Notes: generated by a model not told the origin, from the sequence alone. Positions 19,995 to 29,904 are shown, counted from the first letter of the stretch. The stretch: 64,000 nt of DNA from Candidatus Dojkabacteria bacterium (GCA_030583785.1 CP129475.1:1042209-1106208); one strand, 5' to 3'. Numbers and translations are program-made.

Positions 19995-20189
19995 ATGTCA
20001 ACAACAGCTCAAGAAGCAAAAGAAAAAAGATTAAAAAAGAAAAGCAAATACTCATCCCGAGTATTTAATAGATGTCAAATGTGCGGCAGAGCCAGAGGCT
20101 ATCACCGTATGTTTAAATTGTGCAGAATTTGTCTTAGAGACAAAGCACTCGCTGGAGATATTCCAGGTTTGCGTAAATCATCTTGGTAA
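19995..20189 (+). CDS. rpsZ: 30S ribosomal protein S14 type Z (zinc-binding)
   Basis: A 64-aa protein with a CxxC...CxxC zinc motif (CQMCGRARGYHRMFKLCRIC). Confidence 0.95.
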   Translation: MSTTAQEAKEKRLKKKSKYSSRVFNRCQMCGRARGYHRMFKLCRICLRDKALAGDIPGLRKSSW

Positions 20190-20206
20190 TTAATTAGAAA
20201 GAAATA

Positions 20207-20608
20207 ATGGTAAACGATCCAATAGCAGACATATTAACAAGAATAAGAAATGCAGTTATGCGAAACCTTAAAGAGGTTAGAGTTCCTAAATCAAGGATGG
20301 TTGAATCTATAGTCAAGATTCTTGAACAAGAAAATCTAATTGAAGGGTTCACTGTTGCTTCTGAAACAACAGGAAATCAAGCAGAATTGGTAGTAAATTT
20401 GAAGTACAACGAAGATGGCTCATCTGTAATCAGTAAATTGATCCGTGTTTCAAAGCCCGGTCTAAGAGTCTATACAGGTTACAAAGATATTAAACCAGTA
20501 CTTAATAACATGGGAATTGGGATTTTTTCGACACCCAAGGGTATATTGACTAACAAACAAGCAATAGCCGAAAAAGTCGGAGGAGAATATTTGTGTCAAA
20601 TTTGGTAA
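20207..20608 (+). CDS. rpsH: 30S ribosomal protein S8
   Basis: MVNDPIADILTRIRNA is canonical S8. Confidence 0.97.
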   Translation: MVNDPIADILTRIRNAVMRNLKEVRVPKSRMVESIVKILEQENLIEGFTVASETTGNQAELVVNLKYNEDGSSVISKLIRVSKPGLRVYTGYKDIKPVLNNMGIGIFSTPKGILTNKQAIAEKVGGEYLCQIW

Positions 20609-20610
20609 TA

Positions 20611-21171
20611 ATGTCAAAGATCGGAGAAAAACAAATTAATATTGATTCAGCAAAGATTTCTGTAGAAATCACTAAGGGTGGAGATTTCAATCATCTATTG
20701 GTGACAATCAAGGGACCAAAGGGAGAACTTAAGCAATCCATAGAAAAAGGAATTGAAGTCAAATTAGAAGACGGAATATTAACAGTAGAAAGAAAGTCTG
20801 AAGAAAAAGAAATAAAAAGCCTACATGGTCTATACAGATCACTCTTGGCAAATATGGTTGAAGGTGTAACTAACGGATATGAAAAGAAACTAGAAATTCA
20901 TGGAGTAGGTTTTAGAGGTGTCCAAAAGGGAAAGGCAATTGAATTCGCACTTGGATTTAGCCATCCAGTTCTTTATGAAGCACCAGAAGATATCGAGATC
21001 ACTATGGAAGGTCAAGAAATTGTTATTGTTAGAGGAGTTGATAAGCAAAGAGTTGGTCAAATTGCTGCCGAAATTAGAGCTATCAGAAAACCAGAACCAT
21101 ATAAGGGTAAAGGCGTAAGATACCAGGGCGAGCAAGTTAAGAGAAAGGCCGGTAAAGCCGGAGGATCATAA
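20611..21171 (+). CDS. rplF: 50S ribosomal protein L6. The ORF-track start at 20593 overlaps S8; the internal ATG at 20611 is preferred.
   Basis: MSKIGEKQINI... shows the two-domain L6 pattern. Confidence 0.93.
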   Translation: MSKIGEKQINIDSAKISVEITKGGDFNHLLVTIKGPKGELKQSIEKGIEVKLEDGILTVERKSEEKEIKSLHGLYRSLLANMVEGVTNGYEKKLEIHGVGFRGVQKGKAIEFALGFSHPVLYEAPEDIEITMEGQEIVIVRGVDKQRVGQIAAEIRAIRKPEPYKGKGVRYQGEQVKRKAGKAGGS

Positions 21172-21187
21172 TCTAGAATTTAAAGTA

Positions 21188-21532
21188 ATGAAAAATCTTA
21201 AAACAGAAAAAAGATTAAGAAGAAAAAGTAAGATCAAGAATAGAATCAGAGGCACGAAAGAAATGCCTAGATTAACTGTATATAGATCGAATAAGCATAT
21301 TTATGCTCAATTAATAGATGATTCTATCGGAAAAACAATAGTTGCCGCTTCTGATGCAAAAGTAAAAAAAAGATCTGCGACAGAAAAAGCAATTAGTGTC
21401 GGAGCTGATATTGCCAAAGCAGCTCTTGCTAAAAAAGTGAAAAAAGTTCGATTTGATAGAAACGGATACAAGTATCATGGTAGAGTTAAAGCTTTAGCAG
21501 ATGCTGCTAGAGGAGAAGGTTTATCATTCTAA
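21188..21532 (+). CDS. rplR: 50S ribosomal protein L18
   Basis: L18 pattern (RLTVYRSNKHIYAQLIDD). Confidence 0.93.
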   Translation: MKNLKTEKRLRRKSKIKNRIRGTKEMPRLTVYRSNKHIYAQLIDDSIGKTIVAASDAKVKKRSATEKAISVGADIAKAALAKKVKKVRFDRNGYKYHGRVKALADAARGEGLSF

Positions 21533-21545
21533 ATTAATAATTAAC

Positions 21546-22163
21546 ATGGCCGATCAAGACAAGAAAAATACAAAACCAGAAGTTAAGAAACCTGATACAA
21601 AGGGGACTGCAGAAAATGCTCCTGTAAGAGGTGATAGAAGAAATATGCAGACCCAGAAAAGAAGACCAGATTCAAGAGGCAGAAGAGGTAAAAAGGAGAA
21701 CTCAGACGGTGTAGACAAAAAGATTGTTTCAATTAGAAGAGTCTCAAGAACATATTCAGGAGGAAAGCGTATGAGACTTAGTGTCTTGGTTGTCGCAGGG
21801 GACAAAAACGGAAGAGTTGGAGCAGCCCTTGCTAAAGCTGCCGATGTTAGAACAGCCGAGGATAAAGCATTCAGTTTAGCCAAAAAGAAGATGGTAAAAG
21901 TTTCTCTTCGCGGAGGAACAATACCTCATCAAGTAACTTACAAAAAAGGTGCAGCCAGAATCTTTATGAAACCAGCAGCACCTGGAACTGGAGTTATTGC
22001 CGGTGGAGCTATGAGAGCAGTATTAGAACTTGTAGGTGTTAAAGACATTCTTACAAAAGTAATCGGATCATCTAACAATATCTCAAATGTATATGCAGCT
22101 ATAGAAGCTTTGCAATCACTTAAACCAGTTAAGAGAAGCAATAATGTTAAAGAATCTAAGTAA
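21546..22163 (+). CDS. rpsE: 30S ribosomal protein S5 with a basic N-terminal extension. The ORF-track start at 21501 is probably spurious.
   Basis: S5 dsRBD and C-terminal domain (VVAGDKNGRVGAALAKAADV...). Confidence 0.93.
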   Translation: MADQDKKNTKPEVKKPDTKGTAENAPVRGDRRNMQTQKRRPDSRGRRGKKENSDGVDKKIVSIRRVSRTYSGGKRMRLSVLVVAGDKNGRVGAALAKAADVRTAEDKAFSLAKKKMVKVSLRGGTIPHQVTYKKGAARIFMKPAAPGTGVIAGGAMRAVLELVGVKDILTKVIGSSNNISNVYAAIEALQSLKPVKRSNNVKESK

Positions 22164-22593
22164 ACATTCACAAAAGAAATCAAAAAGAGTAGGTAGAGGC
22201 TATGGCTCTGGAAAAGGAGGACACACTTCCTCACGAGGTCAAAAAGGTCAAAAATCAAGAGCAGGTTATAAACCAGCCAGAAAAGCTTTTGAAGGAGGCT
22301 CAATGCCACTTTCCAGAAGATTACCTAAATTCAGAGGATTTAGAAGAGGATATTTCAAATCAAGATATAATCAAATAATACTTTCGTTAAGTGATTTAGA
22401 TGTATTCAAATCTGGCGAAACTGTATCTTTTGAAACACTTACATCTAAGAACATGATACCTGCAAAGAGCAAAAAAAATTCAATAAAAATTCTTGGAAAC
22501 GGTAAACTCAACAAAAAACTAAACATTAGCGGTATTGAACTATCCGAATCTGCAAAAGGTAAAATCTTGGCAGAGGGTGGCAGTGTCGAGTAA
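22144..22593 (+). CDS. rplO: 50S ribosomal protein L15. It overlaps the 3' end of rpsE, and no L30 gene lies between S5 and L15.
   Basis: KRVGRGYGSGKGGHTSSRGQKGQKSR is canonical L15. Confidence 0.93.
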   Translation: MLKNLSKHSQKKSKRVGRGYGSGKGGHTSSRGQKGQKSRAGYKPARKAFEGGSMPLSRRLPKFRGFRRGYFKSRYNQIILSLSDLDVFKSGETVSFETLTSKNMIPAKSKKNSIKILGNGKLNKKLNISGIELSESAKGKILAEGGSVE

Positions 22594-22614
22594 TTATTTT
22601 AGTGATCGCCAATA

Positions 22615-24087
22615 TTGAAAAAGCGACTAGGATCTATTCTCAAAGCTCCTTTATTATTATTAAAACGCCCAGGTGGGGTGGTGACAAAGAAATTTGCTAA
22701 GGCTACCGGTAGTATCTCTCTTTTTGATTCTCTTAAAAATCCAAGTATCAGAAAAAAAATCCTGTTCACATTTGGTATTCTTGTTGTTTATAGAATACTA
22801 GCAGCTATTCCTTTGCCGGGCATTGATGTTCGCTTATTTACCGAGGTATTTGGGAATAATCCTTTAACAAATATTTTTACTCTAGTTACGGGCGGAAGAC
22901 TTGATAATCCATCGCTTGTCGCTATAGGTCTTGGTGCTTACATTAATGCTTCAATTATCATTCAGCTATTACAGACAGTAATTCCTAAGTTCGAAGAACT
23001 TTCCAAAGAGGGTGAAAGAGGCAGGCAAACATTAAATCAATATACCCGACTACTCGCAGTTCCATTAAGCGCTGTTCAAGCATTCGTAATCTTCACTATT
23101 CTGCAAAATGCTGGCTCTTCTGTACCACAGTTGGCCGGTATTGTAGATAACATTACTACACTCGAAATCGTAACCATGATTGTTGCTCTCACAGCAGGTA
23201 GTATAGTTTTGATGTGGCTTGGTGAATTAATCACAGAAAATGGTATTGGTAATGGAATCTCAATTCTAATTACTGTTAGCATTCTAACAGCCGTTCCGGG
23301 GCTTATCGCCAGAGATTTCTTTTTTGTTTCTCAAGATTTACAACTTCTCGCTGCCGGTAATTTCAATGTACTATTGAATGAAAACTTTACTTTGATATAC
23401 GCAGTTACTATTGGTCTGGTACTTCTGGTACTAGGAGTAGTAGCTATCAATGAAGCGGTACGCAAAATATCTATACAATATGCACGCAGGTTTAGAGGAG
23501 ATGGTGCGCAAAGTAGTTACCTGCCTTTAAAAATCAATCAGGCCGGAGTTATTCCTGTAATCTTTGCATCAGCTTTGCTTACATTCCCACAAATTATTGC
23601 GCAGTTTATGATAAGTTCAGCAGACATGGATTCGTTCATATTTAAATTAGGAACTCGGATTAATGAGTCATTTTTAGGTGCTTCGATAGTCGATAGAACA
23701 GCAGAACAGGATTTCTATTACTTCGCATTCTACGCGATTTTAATCATAGCTTTCGCTTTCTTCTATACATTCGTAACTTATAAGCCGTCAGAAACTGCAG
23801 ACAATCTTAAAAAGAGCGGTGGATTTATCCCTGGACTAAGGCCAGGCAAGGCAACACAAACATTCATTACTAATGTATTAATAAGATTAACATTTGTCGG
23901 TAGCATATTTCTTGCAGTTATTGCCCTGATTCCTCAGTTGGTAACCTTAACTCCCCAAGGAGCTAATCTTACTCTTTTAAGCGCTGTTGGAGGGACGAGT
24001 TTGTTGATTATCGTTGGCGTGATTCTTGATACAATCAGGCAAATGAAATCATTAACCGTTTCGATTAGTTACGATCAGTACAAATAA
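22615..24087 (+). CDS. secY: Preprotein translocase subunit SecY (TTG start)
   Basis: Ten-TM SecY pattern and its position after L15. Confidence 0.95.
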   Translation: MKKRLGSILKAPLLLLKRPGGVVTKKFAKATGSISLFDSLKNPSIRKKILFTFGILVVYRILAAIPLPGIDVRLFTEVFGNNPLTNIFTLVTGGRLDNPSLVAIGLGAYINASIIIQLLQTVIPKFEELSKEGERGRQTLNQYTRLLAVPLSAVQAFVIFTILQNAGSSVPQLAGIVDNITTLEIVTMIVALTAGSIVLMWLGELITENGIGNGISILITVSILTAVPGLIARDFFFVSQDLQLLAAGNFNVLLNENFTLIYAVTIGLVLLVLGVVAINEAVRKISIQYARRFRGDGAQSSYLPLKINQAGVIPVIFASALLTFPQIIAQFMISSADMDSFIFKLGTRINESFLGASIVDRTAEQDFYYFAFYAILIIAFAFFYTFVTYKPSETADNLKKSGGFIPGLRPGKATQTFITNVLIRLTFVGSIFLAVIALIPQLVTLTPQGANLTLLSAVGGTSLLIIVGVILDTIRQMKSLTVSISYDQYK

Positions 24088-24089
24088 TT

Positions 24090-24842
24090 GTGGCCGCAGT
24101 AATAAAGACCAAAGCAGAGATTGCATCTATGCGCAAGGGAGGAAGGCTACTTGCAGAAATATTGTCTGATATAGTTGCAGAAGTGAAACCTGGAATAACT
24201 ACAGAAGACTTAGATAATCGTGCCAGAGCTCTTTGTAAAAAACATAGTGTTAAACCTGCATTTTATGGTTATTTTGATTATCCTGCTTATATTTGTGTTG
24301 GGATAGACGATGTTGCTATCCACGGGATGCCAAGTAAAAGCGATGTGCTAGTCGAAGGTCAGATCATAAGTATTGATATGGGTATTATCTTTGAAGACCT
24401 GTATTTAGATCATGCAACCACCGTTGCTGTTGGATCAATTGATTCAAAGGCAGAAAGGTTTTTAAGTTCTTCAAAACTTGCTCTTCAGGCAGGTATTAAG
24501 AATGCGAAAGTAGGTGGCTTTGTCGGTGATATTAGCAATGCCATCGAGACGGTAGCTTCCATGTCTGGATATTCAGTAATAACCGAAATGACCGGCCATG
24601 GAGTTGGACGAAGTCTCCATGAAGATCCTTCAATACCATGTTTCGGCAAAAAAGGTACCGGAGAAATGCTTAAAGAAGGAATGACACTTGCAATTGAGGC
24701 CATGATTAACGAAGGTGACTCAGAGTTAATCCACCTCGATGATGGATGGACTACTCTGACAGCAGATGGGAAACGGTCTGCTTTGTATGAACATACTGTT
24801 TTGATAAGTAAAAAAGGACCCGAAATTTTGACAATTAGGTAG
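24090..24842 (+). CDS. map: Methionine aminopeptidase type I. It follows secY directly with no adk in between.
   Basis: MAP pita-bread motifs. 250 aa. Confidence 0.93.
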   Translation: MAAVIKTKAEIASMRKGGRLLAEILSDIVAEVKPGITTEDLDNRARALCKKHSVKPAFYGYFDYPAYICVGIDDVAIHGMPSKSDVLVEGQIISIDMGIIFEDLYLDHATTVAVGSIDSKAERFLSSSKLALQAGIKNAKVGGFVGDISNAIETVASMSGYSVITEMTGHGVGRSLHEDPSIPCFGKKGTGEMLKEGMTLAIEAMINEGDSELIHLDDGWTTLTADGKRSALYEHTVLISKKGPEILTIR

Positions 24843-24869
24843 TATAAGTGTTGTATGTGGAAGCCGCAT

Positions 24870-24878
24870 TTGCTATAA
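24870..24878 (+). promoter_or_regulatory. Possible internal extended -10 promoter element (TGcTATAAT) upstream of infA
   Basis: Read from the sequence in the map-infA spacer. Confidence 0.25.
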
Positions 24879-24947
24879 TCTGCGGAGCGCTTTATTAGCG
24901 CTATTTCATTTGCGCACCAAGTGATATTTGCTTTTTGTAGATTATTA

Positions 24948-25202
24948 ATGGCAATAGTTAAAAACTCAAATAAAAGTTTAGATCCTAAGAAAACCTTCAA
25001 GGTTAGAGGAACAATTATTGAAACTATGCCAGGTACCAAATTTAAGATAGGTATTAAGCTGCAAGAACAAGAGCACGAAATCACCGGATACATATCCGGT
25101 AAAATGAGAATGCACTATATTAAATTACAAGTAGGAGACGAGGTTGAAGTCGAAATGACACCTTACGATCTCAAAAAGGGAAGAATAATTTATCGATACT
25201 AA
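24948..25202 (+). CDS. infA: Translation initiation factor IF-1. The ORF-track start at 24921 adds a spurious 9 aa.
   Basis: [11 protein letters not shown]...VRGTIIE...[34 protein letters not shown] is canonical IF-1. Confidence 0.95.
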   Translation: MAIVKNSNKSLDPKKTFKVRGTIIETMPGTKFKIGIKLQEQEHEITGYISGKMRMHYIKLQVGDEVEVEMTPYDLKKGRIIYRY

Positions 25203-25333
25203 TGAAAGTAAAAGCATCTGTAAAAAAACGCTGTGAATATTGTTACCTTGTTAAAAGAAGAAATTCGAAAGGGGTCACAGTAACTTATGTATATTGCAAG
25301 CGCAATGCTCGCCATAAGCAAAGACAAGGTTAA
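25202..25333 (+). CDS. rpmJ: 50S ribosomal protein L36. This small gene is not in the ORF track.
   Basis: Translated by hand: [43 protein letters not shown], with C-x2-C...C-x-x-x-x-H zinc-ribbon spacing. Its ATG overlaps the infA stop (TAATG). Confidence 0.85.
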   Translation: MKVKASVKKRCEYCYLVKRRNSKGVTVTYVYCKRNARHKQRQG

Positions 25334-25354
25334 TTATTTATTATTAATTAATAA

Positions 25355-25735
25355 GTGGCACGTATAGCAGGAGTAGAACTACCAATCAATAAAAGAGTTG
25401 AAATCGCTCTAACTTATATTCATGGAGTTGGTTTAACAACTTCTCAAAAGATTTTAAAGCAAACTAATATCTCAACAGATATCAGGGTTAAAGACCTTTC
25501 GGAGGCACAGATTAAAAGAATCTCAAGCGTTTTGTCAGGAATGCCACTAGAAGGAGAGCTTAAAGAGATTGTATTTAGAAATGTGAAACGCTTAAAAGAT
25601 ATTCGAGCATACAGAGGTATCAGACACAAATTAGGTCTTCCTGTTAGAGGACAAAGGACGAGAACAAATGCAGTTACTCGAAAGGGAAGGAATAACGCTG
25701 TCGGAGGACTAAAGAGAAAACTCGAAAAAACATAA
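25355..25735 (+). CDS. rpsM: 30S ribosomal protein S13 (GTG start)
   Basis: MARIAGVELPINKRVEIALTYIHGVG is canonical S13. Confidence 0.95.
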   Translation: MARIAGVELPINKRVEIALTYIHGVGLTTSQKILKQTNISTDIRVKDLSEAQIKRISSVLSGMPLEGELKEIVFRNVKRLKDIRAYRGIRHKLGLPVRGQRTRTNAVTRKGRNNAVGGLKRKLEKT

Positions 25736-25757
25736 TTTGAATTCTTAACATAATTAA

Positions 25758-26195
25758 GTGGCAAAAAAGTCAGAAAAAAAAGCAAAAAAAGAGAACACAA
25801 TGAAGGCGAAAGCCGTTGCACCAGCAAAGAAAAAAAAGAAGATACAGGTGCAAAAAGGTACAGTGTTCGTAAAATCAAGTTATAACAATACTATCATCTC
25901 GATTTCAGATCAGGCAGGTAATGTTCTTTCTTGGAGTAGCCCTGGAGTAATCGGTTTTACCGGTTCCAAAAAGAGCACAGCTTACGCTGCTACAAGAGCA
26001 GCAGAGGATGCTGTAGAAAAGGCTCAAAAATACGGACTAAAAGAAGCGAATGTAATCATTAAAGGTACAGGACTTGGAAGACAGGCAGCAGTCAAAGGTT
26101 TGCGTTCTGCAGGACTTAGAATATCAACTCTATCGGATCATACTCCTATTCCCCATGGAGGTACAGTTCCTAGAAAGAAACCAAGGGGATCATAA
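25758..26195 (+). CDS. rpsK: 30S ribosomal protein S11 with a Lys-rich N-terminus
   Basis: S11 core (GTVFVKSSYNNTIISISDQAGNVLSWSS...). Confidence 0.95.
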   Translation: MAKKSEKKAKKENTMKAKAVAPAKKKKKIQVQKGTVFVKSSYNNTIISISDQAGNVLSWSSPGVIGFTGSKKSTAYAATRAAEDAVEKAQKYGLKEANVIIKGTGLGRQAAVKGLRSAGLRISTLSDHTPIPHGGTVPRKKPRGS

Positions 26196-26220
26196 ATTAA
26201 TTATCGGTAATTATTGAACA

Positions 26221-26805
26221 ATGGCAAGATATACAGGACCAAAATGGAAGATCAGCAGAAGAGAAAACGCTGATGTTTATGGAAGCGAAAAATGGAGAAA
26301 AAGATCAACTGCTCCAGGTGTTCATCCTGTCTCAAGAGGAAGATCATCTGAGTATGCGGTGCAGTTTAGAGAGAAGCAAAAGGTTAAAAGGACATACGGA
26401 CTTTTAGAAAGACAATTTCACAATCTTTATAAGAAAGCTATTCGACTTGATGGAAACTCAGGAACTAACCTGCTTCAGCTATTAGAAACCAGATTAGATA
26501 ATGTTGTCTACAAACTTGGACTTGCAAAAACAAGACAACAAGCAAGACAATTTGTAACACATGGACATATCAAGGTAAATGGAAATAAAGTTGATATCGC
26601 ATCTTACAGTGTTAAGGTCGGAGACGAAATCAGTTACTCCGATAAATTTGCAAAATCAGACATTGCAAAGGTAATAAAAGCAGAAAATAAAAATGTTCAG
26701 GTTCCTGAATGGTTGACTGGTAACCAGTTAAAAAGTATACCAACCAGGGATTTGCTCGATCAATCAATTAACGAACAGTTAATAATCGAGCTTTATTCTA
26801 GATAA
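26221..26805 (+). CDS. rpsD: 30S ribosomal protein S4
   Basis: MARYTGPKWKISRRE is canonical S4. Confidence 0.95.
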   Translation: MARYTGPKWKISRRENADVYGSEKWRKRSTAPGVHPVSRGRSSEYAVQFREKQKVKRTYGLLERQFHNLYKKAIRLDGNSGTNLLQLLETRLDNVVYKLGLAKTRQQARQFVTHGHIKVNGNKVDIASYSVKVGDEISYSDKFAKSDIAKVIKAENKNVQVPEWLTGNQLKSIPTRDLLDQSINEQLIIELYSR

Positions 26806-26826
26806 TTTTATAAAGGTTTGTAAATT

Positions 26827-27768
26827 ATGATCAAACTAGACCAGTTTAAAGTAACAGCTCAACAAGAGACAGATACATTCGGAGCTTTTCAGATTGGACC
26901 ATTGCCAAGAGGTTACGGTCATACTCTAGGAAATTCTCTTAGAAGAATTCTTCTCTCATCAATTCCAGGTGCTGCAGTAACGGCAGTTAAAATTGATGGA
27001 GTTAAGCATGAATACAGCACACTAGATGGATTACAAGAAGATATCATTTCCATTTTGCTTAGACTTAAAGAGCTTGCAATTAAAAACTATTCAGAAGATC
27101 CACAAATAATCCGCTTAAAAGTTAAGGGAAAAAAGGGTGATTTAGTAAAAGTTACAGCAGATGATTTTGAACTTCCAAGCGAGGTAGAAATTGTTGACAA
27201 GGATTTCGAGCTGGCAACACTAACCAAAGATGTAAGCTTGGATATGGAAATAACTGTCGAGTCCGGAGAAGGTTATGCTTATGCAGACGAGGCAAAAAGA
27301 AAAGAAATCGGGATAATTCCTTTGGATTCTGTCTTTAGTCCTGTCAAGCTTGTGCGAGCCGATGTTGTTCCTGCCCGTGTAGGTCAGTATACAAACCTCG
27401 ATCAAATCAATATCGAGATTACAACTAACGGAACAATCAAGCCATCAGAAGCTTTGTTACAAGCTGCAAACATCTACGACGAAATTGCAAACAGACTTGT
27501 AGACATGTTAGGCGGTGATTCTCAATTAGCACAAGAGCAATTAAAGAAAGAATCGTTCGAAGTTCAAGAAACAGAAAAGGTTCTAGTGAGCGATCTTAAT
27601 CTTTCCACTAGATTAACAAATGCTTTACTAAATGCTGGAGTTACAGATTTGCATGATCTAAGTGCTCACAGCAGAGATGAAGTTGCCAATTTCAGAGGAA
27701 TGGGCAAAAAATCTCTTACAGAATTAGATGATATTATGGCTGAGCATGCTGTCAGCTTTGGTAAATAA
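26827..27768 (+). CDS. rpoA: DNA-directed RNA polymerase alpha subunit
   Basis: Alpha NTD and CTD, and its position between S4 and L17. Confidence 0.95.
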   Translation: MIKLDQFKVTAQQETDTFGAFQIGPLPRGYGHTLGNSLRRILLSSIPGAAVTAVKIDGVKHEYSTLDGLQEDIISILLRLKELAIKNYSEDPQIIRLKVKGKKGDLVKVTADDFELPSEVEIVDKDFELATLTKDVSLDMEITVESGEGYAYADEAKRKEIGIIPLDSVFSPVKLVRADVVPARVGQYTNLDQINIEITTNGTIKPSEALLQAANIYDEIANRLVDMLGGDSQLAQEQLKKESFEVQETEKVLVSDLNLSTRLTNALLNAGVTDLHDLSAHSRDEVANFRGMGKKSLTELDDIMAEHAVSFGK

Positions 27769-27770
27769 TA

Positions 27771-28301
27771 ATGAACTCAAAAATATCTACAAAAAAACTT
27801 GGTGTAAAAAAATCTCATAGAAAGGCATTAAAGGCTAATCTACTTACGAGCTTAGTTTTGTATGAGCATATTACAACTACTCGAGCAAAGGCAAAAGCTG
27901 TTCTGCCAATGTTTGACAAGCTTATTAAGCAGGCAAAAAAAGGTGGCTATCTTGCTTCGAGAAGTTTAGAGCAGTCGTTAAACGATGCAAATGCTGTACG
28001 CAAGGTACAAGATGTTTATCTTGAAAGATTCAAAAAAGATAACAACGGATTAGTTCATGTATTCAAGCTTGGAAACAGAAAAGGTGATAATGCACCTATG
28101 GTAAAACTTATGGTTAAGGGTTACGAGTATAAAGAGATCGGAACAAAGAAAGATAAAAAGGCTGACAAAAAAGAAGAAAAGCAAGACACAGTAGAAGTTA
28201 AACAATCAAGACCTATCGATGCTAAGAAGGATTTGACTGCAAAAAGTCAGACAAGTTCTGCTTCTGCACTAGGAAAAGCTAAATCAAGATCAGGAATATA
28301 A
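27771..28301 (+). CDS. rplQ: 50S ribosomal protein L17 with a K/E-rich C-terminal extension
   Basis: L17 pattern (HRKALKANLLTSLVLYEHITTT). Confidence 0.93.
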   Translation: MNSKISTKKLGVKKSHRKALKANLLTSLVLYEHITTTRAKAKAVLPMFDKLIKQAKKGGYLASRSLEQSLNDANAVRKVQDVYLERFKKDNNGLVHVFKLGNRKGDNAPMVKLMVKGYEYKEIGTKKDKKADKKEEKQDTVEVKQSRPIDAKKDLTAKSQTSSASALGKAKSRSGI

Positions 28302-28303
28302 CT

Positions 28304-28738
28304 ATGAACCATACAAGATCAATTAAAAAGAGTGAAGTCAGTCAAGCTTGGTTTCTAGTGGATGCCAAGGGAGTTAGACTAGGCAAACTAGCATCAGAAA
28401 CTGCTAAACTTCTTCTCGGAAAGCATAAAGTTACTCGAGCAGAAAATATGATTACTGGTGATGCAGTAGTTGTAATTAATGCATCAGAGGTAGATGTTCA
28501 TACAAGAAAACTTTCTCAAAAGAAGTATTATAAGCATTCGGGTTACATCGGGGGCTTGAAAGAAGAATCACTTGAAGAATTACTGAAGACTAATCCAACA
28601 AGAGTCATCGAAACTGCCATAAAAGGCATGCTTCCTAAGACAAAACTTGGTCGTGCAATAGCAAAAAATTTATATGTATACGCAGGTGATGAGCACAAGC
28701 ACGAAGCTCAACAACCTTCTAAACTAGAGATTAAATAA
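28304..28738 (+). CDS. rplM: 50S ribosomal protein L13, contiguous with the alpha operon
   Basis: L13 pattern. Confidence 0.93.
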   Translation: MNHTRSIKKSEVSQAWFLVDAKGVRLGKLASETAKLLLGKHKVTRAENMITGDAVVVINASEVDVHTRKLSQKKYYKHSGYIGGLKEESLEELLKTNPTRVIETAIKGMLPKTKLGRAIAKNLYVYAGDEHKHEAQQPSKLEIK

Positions 28739-28740
28739 CA

Positions 28741-29145
28741 ATGGCAGATACAAAATTAGAAAAATATACTTACGCAATTGGTAGAAGAAAAACAGCAACA
28801 GCTACTGTTAGACTCTTTCTTGGAAAAGGAGTTTCTACAGTAAATAATAAGCCAGTCAACGAGATGTTCCCATCAAAGATTGATCAGAAAAAAATTGCTT
28901 CTCCATTCAAGGCAATTGGCAAAGAAACAGATTTCTACTTCACTGCCGTTACTAACGGAGGCGGAACAACTGGTCAATCAGGAGCAGTTAGACATGCCCT
29001 ATCAAGAGCTCTCGCCGAACTTAATCCAGACTATCGTCTTGCGTTAAAACCTCTCGGATACCTAACAAGGGATCCTCGAATGGTTGAAAGAAAGAAAACC
29101 GGTCTGAGAAAAGCTCGCAAATCAGAGCAGTACTCCAAGCGTTAA
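28741..29145 (+). CDS. rpsI: 30S ribosomal protein S9
   Basis: S9 C-terminus GLRKARKSEQYSKR. Confidence 0.95.
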   Translation: MADTKLEKYTYAIGRRKTATATVRLFLGKGVSTVNNKPVNEMFPSKIDQKKIASPFKAIGKETDFYFTAVTNGGGTTGQSGAVRHALSRALAELNPDYRLALKPLGYLTRDPRMVERKKTGLRKARKSEQYSKR

Positions 29146-29160
29146 TCTACAGATCATATA

Positions 29161-29189
29161 TTCACTTAGCAATCTTCAATTGCTATAAT
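29161..29189 (+). promoter_or_regulatory. Candidate promoter (TTCACT - 17 nt - TATAAT) immediately downstream of rpsI, in front of the PEGA/secretion-like cluster
   Basis: Read from the sequence. Confidence 0.3.
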
Positions 29190-29208
29190 TTCACATACCC
29201 TATTTGGG

Positions 29209-29904
29209 GTGAAATTTTGCGTAAACATGCTTAAAAAACTGCTTGCCGTAATCATTTTAATAATTATTCTTGCGGCTCTTGCGTTTTGGTCTCCTTGGCA
29301 GAAATGGGATTTGAGTTTTTCAAGACTGCTCGGGATTGATGCCAGAGAAGAGTTTGCTGCACTCAAGGTTAAATCATTAGCCGGGGATCTTGATGTATAT
29401 CTGGACGGAGAGCTTGTGGGTCAAGTTTCAGCAGAAGAGGACTTTCTAGAAGTATTTCCCATTGACCCTGGTGAGCATACAGTAAAACTAGTAAGAAATT
29501 CTACAATCTCTTATCCAGAAGTTATTAAGAAGCTGAACTTTGAGCCTGCAGTGGATGTGATTATCGGTTACGAGATTGGCCCAAATGAAGCCTTCTCAGA
29601 GGGGCATATCTTATATGCCAGAAGAAGTTATACAGCTAACGAAAATCCACTTCTAGAGATATATTCTGTACCAGAAGCTGTTCGGGTTCTATTAAATGGC
29701 GAAGAGATCGGACAGACACCTCTAAGAAGCATTTCTCTACCTTTAGACACAAAACATAAGCTTAGATTCGAAAAAGATGGATACGATTCTTTAGAAATCG
29801 AGATATTGCCCGACAATCAATCAGATAGAGAAAAACTTAAAAATACAGTCTTAACATTAGAGGTAAACTTATTTGCCCAGCCTATACCAATTGTTGAACA
29901 ATAA
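29209..29904 (+). CDS. Membrane-anchored PEGA-domain protein. The start may be the ATG at 29227.
   Basis: An N-terminal TM helix followed by two PEGA-like beta modules (YSVPEAVRVLLNGEEIGQTPL; DVYLDGELVGQVS). Confidence 0.55.
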   Translation: MKFCVNMLKKLLAVIILIIILAALAFWSPWQKWDLSFSRLLGIDAREEFAALKVKSLAGDLDVYLDGELVGQVSAEEDFLEVFPIDPGEHTVKLVRNSTISYPEVIKKLNFEPAVDVIIGYEIGPNEAFSEGHILYARRSYTANENPLLEIYSVPEAVRVLLNGEEIGQTPLRSISLPLDTKHKLRFEKDGYDSLEIEILPDNQSDREKLKNTVLTLEVNLFAQPIPIVEQ

